A stretch of DNA of 64,000 bases from an uncultured delta proteobacterium (GTDB taxonomy: Bacteria > Desulfobacterota > Desulfomonilia > UBA1062). The notes below the pieces were generated by a model, which ran no database searches, had not been told where the DNA came from, and worked only from the letters and a program-made list of their open reading frames with translations. The position numbers were made by a program, and so were the translations under genes. This document shows, in pieces, positions 21,698 through 30,664 of the stretch; position 1 is the stretch's first letter, and each line of letters starts with the position of its first letter. The DNA is taken from positions 352,001 through 416,000 of the forward strand of contig CAWCTR010000007.1 in assembly GCA_963798485.1 (NCBI GenBank), in the 5' to 3' direction.

Positions 21698-21821
21698 AAG
21701 GCCTTGCAGGAGGCCGGGTCTCATACAATACAGCACTGCGAACCCCGTCAGGCCCGGAAGGGAGCAGCGGTAAGCAAGATGCTGTGTGTGTATGGTAAGG
21801 CCCGGTCTCTTGCAAGGCCTT
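21698..21821 (+). ncRNA. ffs: Signal recognition particle RNA (4.5S)
   Basis: TCAGGCCCGGAAGGGAGCAGC domain IV motif within a long hairpin closed by AAGGCCTTGCA/TGCAAGGCCTT; upstream of dnaX. Confidence 0.93.
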
Positions 21822-21887
21822 AGTGTTCTTCGTAAATGCTTCATTAGTCCACTTGAATAATCTTGGTTTCAATACTAGGATAATTTT

Positions 21888-23435
21888 ATGTATCAGGTTA
21901 TTGCCCGTAAGTTCAGACCCCAGAGGTTCGAAGATGTTGTGGGGCAGGAGCATGTGACGAGAGTGCTCTGTAATGCCATAGAGCTAAACAGGCTTCCCCA
22001 TGCATTTATCTTTTCCGGTCCTCGAGGGGTGGGTAAGACTTCTGTAGCCCGGATTCTTGCCAAGGCGATTAATTGCGAGAAGGGCCTATCCTGCAATCCA
22101 TGTAATACATGCCCCTTATGTATGGATATTACTGCATCGCGTGCAGTCGATGTGTTTGAGATAGATGCAGCCACCCATACCCAGGTGGAAAAGATTCGCG
22201 ACCTCATTGAAAATTCCAGGTACACACCCACGGTTGCACGATATAAGACCTTTATCATCGATGAAGTACATATGCTTTCCCGGAGCGCCTTTAATGCCCT
22301 TCTGAAGACATTAGAGGAGCCACCCCCGCATGTGATATTTATTCTCGCCACAACTGAGCTTGCAAAAGTCCCTGTTACCGTGCTCTCCCGCTGCCAGCGT
22401 TACGACTTCAGGCGAATCCCGGTGGATGATATTGTGCGTCGTCTCGCGACAGTAGCCCAAAAGGAGCAGATTGCCATCACTGATGATGCCCTGGTCGTAA
22501 TAGCGCTCCAGGCCGATGGCAGTATGAGGGATGCACAGGGCATGCTTGAACATATTTCTGCCACAGGCAAGGACCTTATTGAAGTTGATGCCGTAGAAGA
22601 TGCGTTAGGGCTTGTCGGTAGATCGACCATGCGCGATTTGGTCTCGGCAATTGTGAAAAAGGATGCGCCTAGCACCCTCGATGTAGTGGAAAGGGTTTAC
22701 CGATACGGGCAGGATTTAAATCTGCTCTATCGGTCGCTCCTCGAACAGTTCAGGAATATGATGGTTCTCAAGGCCGGTTATATGAATGTAATGTTGCCGG
22801 AAGAAGAGATGACCTTCCTGAAAGATCTTATGTCTGAAATATCCTTAGAAGAGATCCATAGGTATTTGAGCGTCCTCATTCGTTCTGAAGAGGACATGAA
22901 GTTTTCCAGCGTTACCAGGATAACCCTTGAGACGATCCTTCTCCGAATCATATCAGCCCCACGTATATTAGATCTGCAGAACCTCATACAAGCAGTTTCC
23001 TCCAGGGCGGGTGTATTACCGTCAGGTCATACTCAGCAGATTTCATCTGTAGAAATATACAAAAGGCCTCCTTCTTCGCTGCCGCTTTCATGGGAAGGCT
23101 TCCTTTCATATCTAAAGGATCATGACCAGCCTCTCTATGCTATTGTATCGAGCGTTGCGGTTGAGCAAGATAATGGCGATCAGGTTGTACTGTCTTGTGC
23201 GAACCAATTTCTCTCAGAGCAACTCAAAAAAGCACTTCCGGATTTAACAGCCAGGGCCAAGGCCTTTCTTCAGAAGGATATCGTGTTGATTGTTGAAGGA
23301 AGAGATACGAACACGATCGAGAATAAGAAACTAAAACCCTCTGAGATAAGGACTCAGGCGCTCAAATCACCGCTGGTAAAAGATATCATGGCTGAATTTA
23401 ATGGCGTTGTAAAGAATGTCAAACCTAAAGAATAA
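21888..23435 (+). CDS. dnaX: DNA polymerase III subunit gamma/tau
   Basis: ARKFRPQRF, GPRGVGKT, Zn cysteines, DEVHML, LKTLEEPP and SRCQ motifs. Confidence 0.96.
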   Translation: MYQVIARKFRPQRFEDVVGQEHVTRVLCNAIELNRLPHAFIFSGPRGVGKTSVARILAKAINCEKGLSCNPCNTCPLCMDITASRAVDVFEIDAATHTQVEKIRDLIENSRYTPTVARYKTFIIDEVHMLSRSAFNALLKTLEEPPPHVIFILATTELAKVPVTVLSRCQRYDFRRIPVDDIVRRLATVAQKEQIAITDDALVVIALQADGSMRDAQGMLEHISATGKDLIEVDAVEDALGLVGRSTMRDLVSAIVKKDAPSTLDVVERVYRYGQDLNLLYRSLLEQFRNMMVLKAGYMNVMLPEEEMTFLKDLMSEISLEEIHRYLSVLIRSEEDMKFSSVTRITLETILLRIISAPRILDLQNLIQAVSSRAGVLPSGHTQQISSVEIYKRPPSSLPLSWEGFLSYLKDHDQPLYAIVSSVAVEQDNGDQVVLSCANQFLSEQLKKALPDLTARAKAFLQKDIVLIVEGRDTNTIENKKLKPSEIRTQALKSPLVKDIMAEFNGVVKNVKPKE

Positions 23436-24384
23436 TACAATTACTGCAATTGATGGCGTGCGCGTCGGTCATTGCTCTGATCTTGTGGGAGGCACCGGAG
23501 TTACGGTAATCCTGTTTGATAAGCCGGCGCTCGGTGCTGTTGATATTACAGGAATGGCGACATCCACCAGACAAATCGATTCCCTCGATATGTTACATCC
23601 CGGCAATGCACTTCACGGTCTCTGCCTGGCCGGAGGTTCTGCCTTTGGCCTCGACGCCGCATCTGGTGTCGTGAGCTATCTTAGTGAGCAAGGCATAGGG
23701 CTTGATCTTGTTGTAGCAAAAGTTCCCGTTGTTCCAACGGCTGTCATATTCGATCTGTCCTTTATGGATGCTCATGCCAAGCCGACACCTTCCATGGCAT
23801 ATGAGGCATGCCGGGCAGCGTCATCCTCTCCGGTTGAACAGGGATGCATCGGTGCAGGCACAGGGGCAACCTGTGGCAAGCTCAGGGGCGTGGTTCATGG
23901 TACAAAGGCCGGGCTCGGCTCCAGCATGGTCCAAGGCACTGATGGAGTCCTCATGGGCGCCTTGGTCGTTGCAAACCCTTTCGGGGATATAATTGATGAG
24001 CAGGGCAGGATCATTGCAGGCTCGCGTGATGATCACGGATTTCTCAACATGCAGGAGGCCATTACGCAAGGTGAGGTTAGAGAGCGTTTCGGTGCACCCG
24101 GCAACACAACGCTCTGTGTCCTTGTGACAGATGCCAATATGGACAAAATCATGGCAATGCAGGTGGCACGCATGGCAGGCCAGGGTCTTGCCAGACATAT
24201 CTCTCCCTTCAACACCCCCTTTGATGGTGATATGGTCTTCTGTCTTTCCGTGGGTGACAAACAGGCGCATCCTCTCCATCTCGGCGTCATAGCTGCCCAG
24301 AGCGCGAGCAAGGCCTTGTTGAATGCCGTACGGCATGCCCGGGGCATGGGCGGGGTTCCTGCCTCAAATGATATCATGAGCTGA
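23416..24384 (+). CDS. P1/S58 (DmpA-like) peptidase
   Basis: GVRVGH, GGSAFGL, GAGTGA, GNTT cleavage motif and DGD. Confidence 0.88.
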   Translation: MSNLKNNTITAIDGVRVGHCSDLVGGTGVTVILFDKPALGAVDITGMATSTRQIDSLDMLHPGNALHGLCLAGGSAFGLDAASGVVSYLSEQGIGLDLVVAKVPVVPTAVIFDLSFMDAHAKPTPSMAYEACRAASSSPVEQGCIGAGTGATCGKLRGVVHGTKAGLGSSMVQGTDGVLMGALVVANPFGDIIDEQGRIIAGSRDDHGFLNMQEAITQGEVRERFGAPGNTTLCVLVTDANMDKIMAMQVARMAGQGLARHISPFNTPFDGDMVFCLSVGDKQAHPLHLGVIAAQSASKALLNAVRHARGMGGVPASNDIMS

Positions 24385-24472
24385 TATTCATTGATTCTAG
24401 AGCCTCCGAAGAGTTTCCGGTCCCGCGAGGAGAAACCGTGGTCATGTGCGGGTTCATGGGGGTGCAAAACCG

Positions 24473-24501
24473 TTGACAAAGCCAGGGCAGTTGGGTAGAA
24501 G
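24473..24501 (+). promoter_or_regulatory. Sigma70-type promoter of tRNA-Met
   Basis: TTGACA-17 bp-TAGAAG, 9 bp before the tRNA. Confidence 0.6.
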
Positions 24502-24510
24502 TGTTGCCGT

Positions 24511-24587
24511 GGCGGAGTAGCTCAGGTGGTCAGAGCATGCGGCTCATATCCGCAGTGTCGGGGGTTCAAATCCCTCCTCCGCTACCA
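24511..24587 (+). tRNA. tRNA-Met(CAT), elongator type; integration target
   Basis: GGCGGAG/CTCCGCT acceptor, TGCGG-CTCATAT-CCGCA anticodon arm, GTTCAAATC, CCA. Confidence 0.93.
24565..24587 (+). repeat. att core copy 1 (tRNA 3' end)
   Basis: 23 bp identical at 33819-33841 and 44209-44231. Confidence 0.95.
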
Positions 24588-24665
24588 TTATCTATTGATA
24601 TTATTGTTAATTTTGCCACAAAGACAGCAAAAACTTGGTAGCGGATTGGTAGCGCCGAACATTGG

Positions 24666-25847
24666 TCATTCAGCCTTGCGAATGAGCGGTATTACCTCGC
24701 CCATCTTACGCTTCCTGATCTCAGTCACAACCTCGAAAGCATCATTGTTTTCCACCTGACAGTACCGTTCAAATGCCTTGTTTGTCAGGCCGGATGCATT
24801 CAAGGCTCTTTCCGATCCGAGCATCTTTGCCGTCTCTGTAGCAGTGGTGTGCTTGGTGCCGGGGTAAAGCGGAACTCCTTCAAGTCCGATCTCCTTGCAA
24901 GCCTTCTTCCACCAGAGATAAAGCATATTTTCCCCGAATACGATATTTTCCTTGGTGGTCCCCCTAACCTTTCCGTGATGCCGGAAGAATGGCATATCGG
25001 GCATGGCGGGGAAAGTTCGCTGAAGCTCTCGCCATTGGTCAAGGTGGTCCTGGTGCAGTCTGATGGTCTTGAAGTTGTTCTTCTTCTTTGTGGGGTTGTG
25101 AATCACCAGCCATCCGCTATCATCCAGACTATTTTCCTTCACCCGTCTGAGGTCATCGGGCCTCAGTGCCGTATAGGTTGCAAGGAGGTCACACCCAAAA
25201 CATATCTTGGGATTGATGTGGTGCGATATTTCCTTGAGCTTCGATAATACCTGCCCCTGCATTTCCCAATCAATAATCTTGCGGTACTTCAATTCATATT
25301 CGACCTTGGGGAATGTCGGGAATTCGGCCAAGGTTATGATACCACCACGGGAAAGGCACCACTTCCAGAAGTCATGAAGTTGGGCGCAATGGTTCGCCCT
25401 CGTCTTCTCACTCTTGCATGGCAGAAGGTAGATGTAGTCGTCTATCATCCCACCAGTGATATCCCTGATGTTCGTGTGACCGAAGTACCTCTCTGCGGTG
25501 TTGATGTAGTAGGAAATCTTTGTAAGGCTCTTCTTCCCCTGTTGTTTCTTGCGCTCAAGATATTTCGGTGCAAGGGCTGTAAAGGAGTTGGGCCGAAGAC
25601 TACGGTAATCATTGGGATCAAAACCGCCCTTTCGGACACCCTTCTCATAGCGCAGGTAATTCAGGCGTTGCGTGGCAGCATCGTAAGACTGATATCTCTG
25701 GTAGATGCCTCCAGGAAACTTCACAGCAAAGCTGTGCGCCCTAACATCTGGATGATCTGGGCAGAAGCATCCTTTACGCCCTCCATCATGCTTCAATGCC
25801 TTTCCGCAAATATAACACTTCTCCCGTGTGTATATCCCACCATCCAT
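24666..25847 (-). CDS. Tyrosine integrase of element 1
   Basis: ALRPDDL, LYPGTKH and AFERY boxes; start at MDGGIY has a GAGGAGG RBS (ORF track extends to 25967). Confidence 0.9.
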   Translation of the reverse strand: MDGGIYTREKCYICGKALKHDGGRKGCFCPDHPDVRAHSFAVKFPGGIYQRYQSYDAATQRLNYLRYEKGVRKGGFDPNDYRSLRPNSFTALAPKYLERKKQQGKKSLTKISYYINTAERYFGHTNIRDITGGMIDDYIYLLPCKSEKTRANHCAQLHDFWKWCLSRGGIITLAEFPTFPKVEYELKYRKIIDWEMQGQVLSKLKEISHHINPKICFGCDLLATYTALRPDDLRRVKENSLDDSGWLVIHNPTKKKNNFKTIRLHQDHLDQWRELQRTFPAMPDMPFFRHHGKVRGTTKENIVFGENMLYLWWKKACKEIGLEGVPLYPGTKHTTATETAKMLGSERALNASGLTNKAFERYCQVENNDAFEVVTEIRKRKMGEVIPLIRKAE

Positions 25848-25875
25848 ACAAACCTCCTCACGTGTATTGGCGGGA

Positions 25876-25904
25876 AGGGTACACTTTACCTGCGGATACA
25901 TCAA
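25876..25904 (-). promoter_or_regulatory. Putative sigma70 promoter of integrase 1
   Basis: TTGATG-17 bp-TACCCT; same hexamers and spacing upstream of integrase 2. Confidence 0.6.
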
Positions 25905-26039
25905 CGCTGGTATAGCATCGATGTACCTAAACGCAGGTATAGTGCTGGTCTGTATGGCTGTTTCCATTTTTCTCCTAGAGGGAAGTAAAGCCTTATGGGA
26001 CCATCACAAGGATAGTCCCGATCACAGTAAATGGAGTTT

Positions 26040-26681
26040 CTATGAAGCTGTTACGGCCTGATGGCCTACAGAATGACTTGAAGCCAGACTACTGACACAT
26101 TCCATCTGCTGATAAACTTCCTGTTGTGGCGTGAAGCTATTCCTCAACACGGAGGTCTTATCCGCATAATCGTAGATGATCGGTGTTTCTTTTCCTGCAC
26201 CCATCCCAGTATCTATCATCTGCTTAGCCCAAGATGATTGACGAATGGGTGTTAACAGGAATATTTTGTTAAACCCTCTTACGCTGAAGTTTTGAGGTAT
26301 TGTACTTCCATTGATAACCAGTACGAGGAATTCCCCGTCCTCAAATTCCTTCAATGTTCTCTTCATATCTTCATAAGGGGTAGAGATTGCAATCAATCTA
26401 GCGCTAATCCCCCATCGTCGGATTTCGTCGAATAAGAAACAGCAACTATTTTCATCTTCATGAACAAACACAATTCCATCGTTCACACTGGGCAAAATGT
26501 CTTCGACGACCTTTGTTAGCCACGGCTTACTTGATAATTTTTTAAGCAGCTTGAGATATTCCTTTATCTCTGCCGGTCTGTCGCAGGAATCTTTATGTGA
26601 AAGCAACTGCCACTCAAGCAGCCTAGGTTCATGCTTCGCCTTTGCAGCAGTTTTGTCTTTGCTTGCAAAATATTTATCCAT
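26040..26681 (-). CDS. Stand-alone degenerate SF2 helicase C-terminal-like domain
   Basis: LKEFEDGEFLVLV, IFLLTP and GKETPIIYDYADK resemble the helicase C domain; motif VI arginines absent. Confidence 0.55.
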   Translation of the reverse strand: MDKYFASKDKTAAKAKHEPRLLEWQLLSHKDSCDRPAEIKEYLKLLKKLSSKPWLTKVVEDILPSVNDGIVFVHEDENSCCFLFDEIRRWGISARLIAISTPYEDMKRTLKEFEDGEFLVLVINGSTIPQNFSVRGFNKIFLLTPIRQSSWAKQMIDTGMGAGKETPIIYDYADKTSVLRNSFTPQQEVYQQMECVSSLASSHSVGHQAVTAS

Positions 26682-26765
26682 CGATCTTCCTTTCATAATT
26701 GAGTTTAGGTTGTGTTGATCATTATGCCTGCACCCCCCTTGCTGACTGTTGAAAGAGCAGGACTT

Positions 26766-26815
26766 CGGGCCGCACCAAGACGGCCCGGAGCTACCTGATC
26801 TATGCCAGCAGTGGG
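26766..26815. repeat. CGGGCCG-N8-CGGCCCG hairpin module, copy 1
   Basis: Also at 26945-26993 and 35881-35932, each followed by CAGCAGTGG. Confidence 0.85.
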
Positions 26816-26944
26816 AGGAGGGATAGCCTTTCTGTATACGAGCAGTCATGATCGACGCAGATCAGGGCTAGAGCCATACCAACATTCTACCAACGATTTA
26901 CCAACTTTTCCCAACCCTGCTGCCCTATAGATCTCGTGATACAA

Positions 26945-26993
26945 CGGGCCGCAACCAAACGGCCCGGCAGTGAATAATGTATTGCAGCAGTGG
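26945..26993. repeat. CGGGCCG-N8-CGGCCCG hairpin module, copy 2
   Basis: CGGGCCG caaccaaa CGGCCCG ... ATTGCAGCAGTGG. Confidence 0.85.
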
Positions 26994-27095
26994 AGAACGG
27001 TGATGCCAGTTACAGATTCCGTGAGTAGCCATTTTTGGCTAGCTAGGTATATTCTATGTATATTCTTTTGTTGTTTAAAGATTATAACTAGGTAG

Positions 27096-27796
27096 TCATC
27101 CTTGGCTACCACTATGGCCATCTATGGCCACCCAACTTTTATAGTCATTGCTCATCATATACAACGACCAGCGACCATTTTCACGTAACTGGCTACCTTC
27201 TCGTACCTTCTTGATGAATCCCTTCTCTTCCAGTTCATCCATTCCCCTGCTGTAGGATCTGTCACTAATTCCGAGGACGATGTTAGCCTTGGCCATGGGA
27301 AGCGCATAGGGGCCATCCTTGTAAATTCTATTACCATCTTCATAATAAAACTCTCTCTCTTTTAGAAAATGGATAAGCAGCTTCACGGCAGTAAAGGTCA
27401 GTGATATGAACGCAACTGAGTAGAGTAATTCGGCTTCTAAAACGGCATATCGATTAGTCATCCACTTCGGATCTATGTTGCTTGATTCTGCACCAATTGC
27501 CTCCCCCCCTGCTGCCCCGAGGGTCTCCATTGACACAGGTGGAACTGTCTCCACTGCTGTAGTAGAGATACAAGACTCCTCTGGTGCTTTGCCGTAAACC
27601 TGCTTGATGGCAGATGATATTTGCTCATCAGTGCAGGGTCTCAGGGTTTCCCCTTTCCATTTGGGATAGAAAGATCTCCCCATGCTCTGTACCATGTACT
27701 GCTTTGCCTCATCTTCGGAGCACCCATTTTCCTTAAGCTGGCATGTGCATAATCTGAAGTGCTGGATCTTTCTGGGCTTGTGTCTTCATTCTTCAT
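27096..27796 (-). CDS. Winged-helix protein (replication-initiator-like), 5' end frameshifted
   Basis: ORF 27096-27695 has LGISDRSYSRGMDELEEKGFI and aligns by eye with 36038-36406; the ATG with an RBS at 27796 is out of frame. Confidence 0.6.
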
Positions 27797-28066
27797 TATT
27801 TCCCCTCCATTTGATGTAACAGTTCATCAAGTTTCGCTTCGATCTCTTCTGGCATTGGTCGTGTTGCCTCCGCTCATGAGGTAGTCATCTACAATCGTGA
27901 GAGCGATTCTTCTTCTGGCAGCATCATTGCTCTTCCTTGCTACGACTATCTCAAGCCTGTTCTTTGACTCATGAACCCGTGATAAAAACTCTTCGATTCT
28001 CACTCATGTCCCCCTTGGCTTGTAGGTAACATTTTAAATATATGTTACCGTTAAGAATAAAAAAAA

Positions 28067-28773
28067 TCACTCTCCCTTTTTTCTCGTTAAGTTAATGAAG
28101 TTCTTCATTGTCCTTATCGCATAGCTGATCACCTCCTTATCAAGATCTCCCAATGAGATCTTCTTCATCCTTTCTTGGCTTACATCAATCATGAACTCCA
28201 CATATTCCTTGGTAAGGCGTTGGGGATCTCTCAATAGATTTCCCAAAGAGCAGCTTATCAAGAGCAAGTATAAGCTCTTCTCTTTGCTGTCTCGTTGTTC
28301 CGAGTCATCTGATCTATTGCCCAGATCATGAGCATTCCCCTGACCTTCATTCCTATGCCGTTGAAGTCCTGTATGATGAAGTTATCAACTAAGCGTTTAA
28401 CAAGGGCTGGGCCAACAACTTCTTCGTAATTATCTTCATTAACATTCGGATCACGATTCCTTGATTCCTCCACAATGAACTTTACCAAGTCCATCCTGAA
28501 ATCATCTATCCTCTTCATGAAGTTCTGATCTACTCGCCATTTCCGAATCACCTTGTAAGAATTCTCTGTGATCTCAGCAATTGTCATCAGATCCAGATCA
28601 GTGACCATCAGAAGGTTCGCCCTTTGCTTCTTGAACGGGTAACCAATAGGATCTCCCCTCGTAACCCCTTTACGCTCCGGTTCTACAAACGTATCCGAGT
28701 TGATGGTGAAGAACTCTTTAAGCAATGGGCCAATCAGATAGCCAGGTTCTACATCTGGTTTTAATTGTTTCAT
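28067..28773 (-). CDS. HTH-containing protein, probably one gene split by a frameshift near 28265
   Basis: LMTIAEITENSYKVIRKWR HTH-like segment; overlapping ORFs 28258-28773 and 28067-28267. Confidence 0.5.
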
Positions 28774-28822
28774 CTTTAGTCACCTCATAAGTAACATATA
28801 TCATATTGCTACCCAGATGATA

Positions 28823-28838
28823 TGCAAGACATGTGCCA
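28823..28838 (-). promoter_or_regulatory. Sigma54 (-24/-12) promoter
   Basis: TGGCAC-ATGTC-TTGCA, full consensus, about 50 bp upstream of the 28773 start. Confidence 0.65.
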
Positions 28839-29004
28839 AGTGATCTAGCCTAGTAATATTGGTAGGTTATAAAATGAAAGATGAAGAATCTGGAAAAAAA
28901 CGTACATGTATGATTACGAAATCATACACCTCATATCATTATGTGCAGAAAGAATAACTACCTCTACCTCAAGATATTTACATTTGGGGCTTGGATGTTA
29001 GAAC

Positions 29005-29040
29005 AAAATAAAGAGCAGGGGCCTTAGCCCCCATTCTTTT
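29005..29040. terminator. Probable intrinsic terminator
   Basis: GGGGC-CTTA-GCCCC hairpin with T-rich runs on both strands, downstream of 29077-29235. Confidence 0.45.
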
Positions 29041-29076
29041 CAAGCTGAACTGATCTGCCTGTGCTTAAATAAAAAC

Positions 29077-29235
29077 TCAGTTGATGCCCTTCAGGATGTG
29101 ATCAATCAAGGTGACAAGGTTCGTGTATCTCTCTGTCCCCTCACAGCACTGCATCTCCATGTCATCCTTATGGTCTTGAAGAAGATCCAATAAGACTTCA
29201 ACCTGCTTGCCCATAAATGTAATACCGTTTCCCAT
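29077..29235 (-). CDS. Small hypothetical protein (52 aa)
   Basis: MGNGITFMGKQVEVLLDLLQDHKDDMEMQCCEGTERYTNLVTLIDHILKGIN with AAGGAG RBS; below the ORF-track cutoff. Confidence 0.5.
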   Translation of the reverse strand: MGNGITFMGKQVEVLLDLLQDHKDDMEMQCCEGTERYTNLVTLIDHILKGIN

Positions 29236-29289
29236 AGCATTTCTCCTTGTGTGTTTTAATCCAGCAGGGTTGCTGCTGGGTTGTGTACT

Positions 29290-30268
29290 ACTGATCCGCT
29301 ATTGGTAATACCCAAGACAGACCCGAACGGTCTTGTGACCACTTAGGGCCATGGTGTCACCCAAGGATTTGCCTTGTCTTCCTGCTTCAGTGACAAAGCC
29401 ACTTCTCAGGGAATGCGCTGCAAACATAGAGGCATCAAGCCCTGCCAGTTCAGCAGCGCCTCTTGACAATCCGTGTAACTGTCATATCAGTAAGGCTCGT
29501 TCCTATCTTGTGGCCTTTTGTGATACTCCTGAATATGTAGCCCTCAGAGATGCCACTTGCCTTGAGCCATGCTTCAAGGGCGAACCCTGCACGGCCAAGA
29601 ACTAGGCAAGTCAACTATCCCTGGCCTTCTTGGTCAGATCTTCGAATATGGCAAGATGATATACGTAAGCCGCCATCAATGCTGGTGAGATGTTCAAGCC
29701 TTGCCATGTGCTACTTCGGATCGTCTTCTACCACCAGAGCCGAAGGCAAATAAGATGAAGAGCTTTATCCCGAATGTCTATCAAGGATCTGGTCTGCATG
29801 GGAACAATGGCTTCCAGGAGATCACGTGTAAGAGCCTTTACCTTGCGGGGCATCTGTCCTCTCTTCACTGCTGCCTTACGAGCTTTTGACAGCAGGGTGG
29901 ATATTTCCTTCTCCCTGCAAGGATTGTGTACCTTCATGGCTTCATGAGCTGCGGAAAGAGCAAGCGATACGCCTACAGATAGTATTAAGGCTGTGCGTTC
30001 CAGTCTTCGCTTTGATGCCGATAGATACAAGGTGCCCGTCAAGGGCATCACTCATGCCATACAGATGGTCTGTGATGAAGCGTACGAGAAGGCCAAGAGG
30101 TACAGGGTATTCCATATCGAACCCTGCTGCAATCTTTGACCACGCTTTAAAGTATTCAATGTCAGACCTGTAAGCCTTGCGGGTGTTATCTGCGGTACCT
30201 TCGTCCAGGATGGTCTTCACCCTTGATGCAACTTCAATGGAGATTGTTGTTCTCTGCATGGTGCTCAA
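29290..30268 (-). pseudogene. Cre/TnpS-like tyrosine recombinase with multiple frameshifts
   Basis: Fragments NTRKAYRSD, DIRDKAL, FGSGGRRRSEV, SK-DQEGQG, AHSLRSGFVTEAGRQG and SGHKTVRVCLGYY across frames; 3' end approximate. Confidence 0.85.
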
Positions 30269-30316
30269 TCAGCATGTTTTCAGTCATGTTGTACCCTCTC
30301 TTTTTACGTTCGATAA

Positions 30317-30336
30317 TGTGATCGTTAACGATCACA
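30317..30336. promoter_or_regulatory. Perfect 20-bp palindrome upstream of the recombinase (candidate res site or operator)
   Basis: TGTGATCGTTAACGATCACA. Confidence 0.5.
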
Positions 30337-30664
30337 ATAATCTAATTTACGAAGATATAGCAGTAACGTAATGACATGATATGTCAATGCGAAGATCTTG
30401 ACTAACAGATGGATCATCATTATATTGAGAGGTATGGAAAGGAGACTGAAGATAGATCTATTGCCTAAGTCATGAACGGGGATGCTAGGGGAGATTTTGA
30501 GAGGCTCTGTAGATAACCATGCATGGTGAGGATGATAAGCATGGCATGAACGAGATCGTATGAAGTACCAAGCTGGACAGAACTTCTTAAGAGATTGAAG
30601 AACTTGACTGTAGACGTATATCAGAAGCTTGATGATATGATCGATGATGCTTTGCTGAGATTAT

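Noticed and set aside
23220-23235. dnaX programmed -1 frameshift at an A6G run
   Set aside because: The run is read CTC AAA AAA GCA, not the A AAA AAG phase, and I saw no clear stimulatory hairpin.
24511-24587. Initiator tRNA-fMet
   Set aside because: Lacks the three consecutive G-C pairs in the anticodon stem and the C1:A72 mismatch.
25848-25967. Conserved 40-aa N-terminal extension on both integrases (IDA..ALM..Q...TLP)
   Set aside because: Better explained by the shared promoter and palindrome at DNA level, and strong RBSs precede the downstream ATGs. Not fully excluded, since the upstream starts also have RBS-like sequences.
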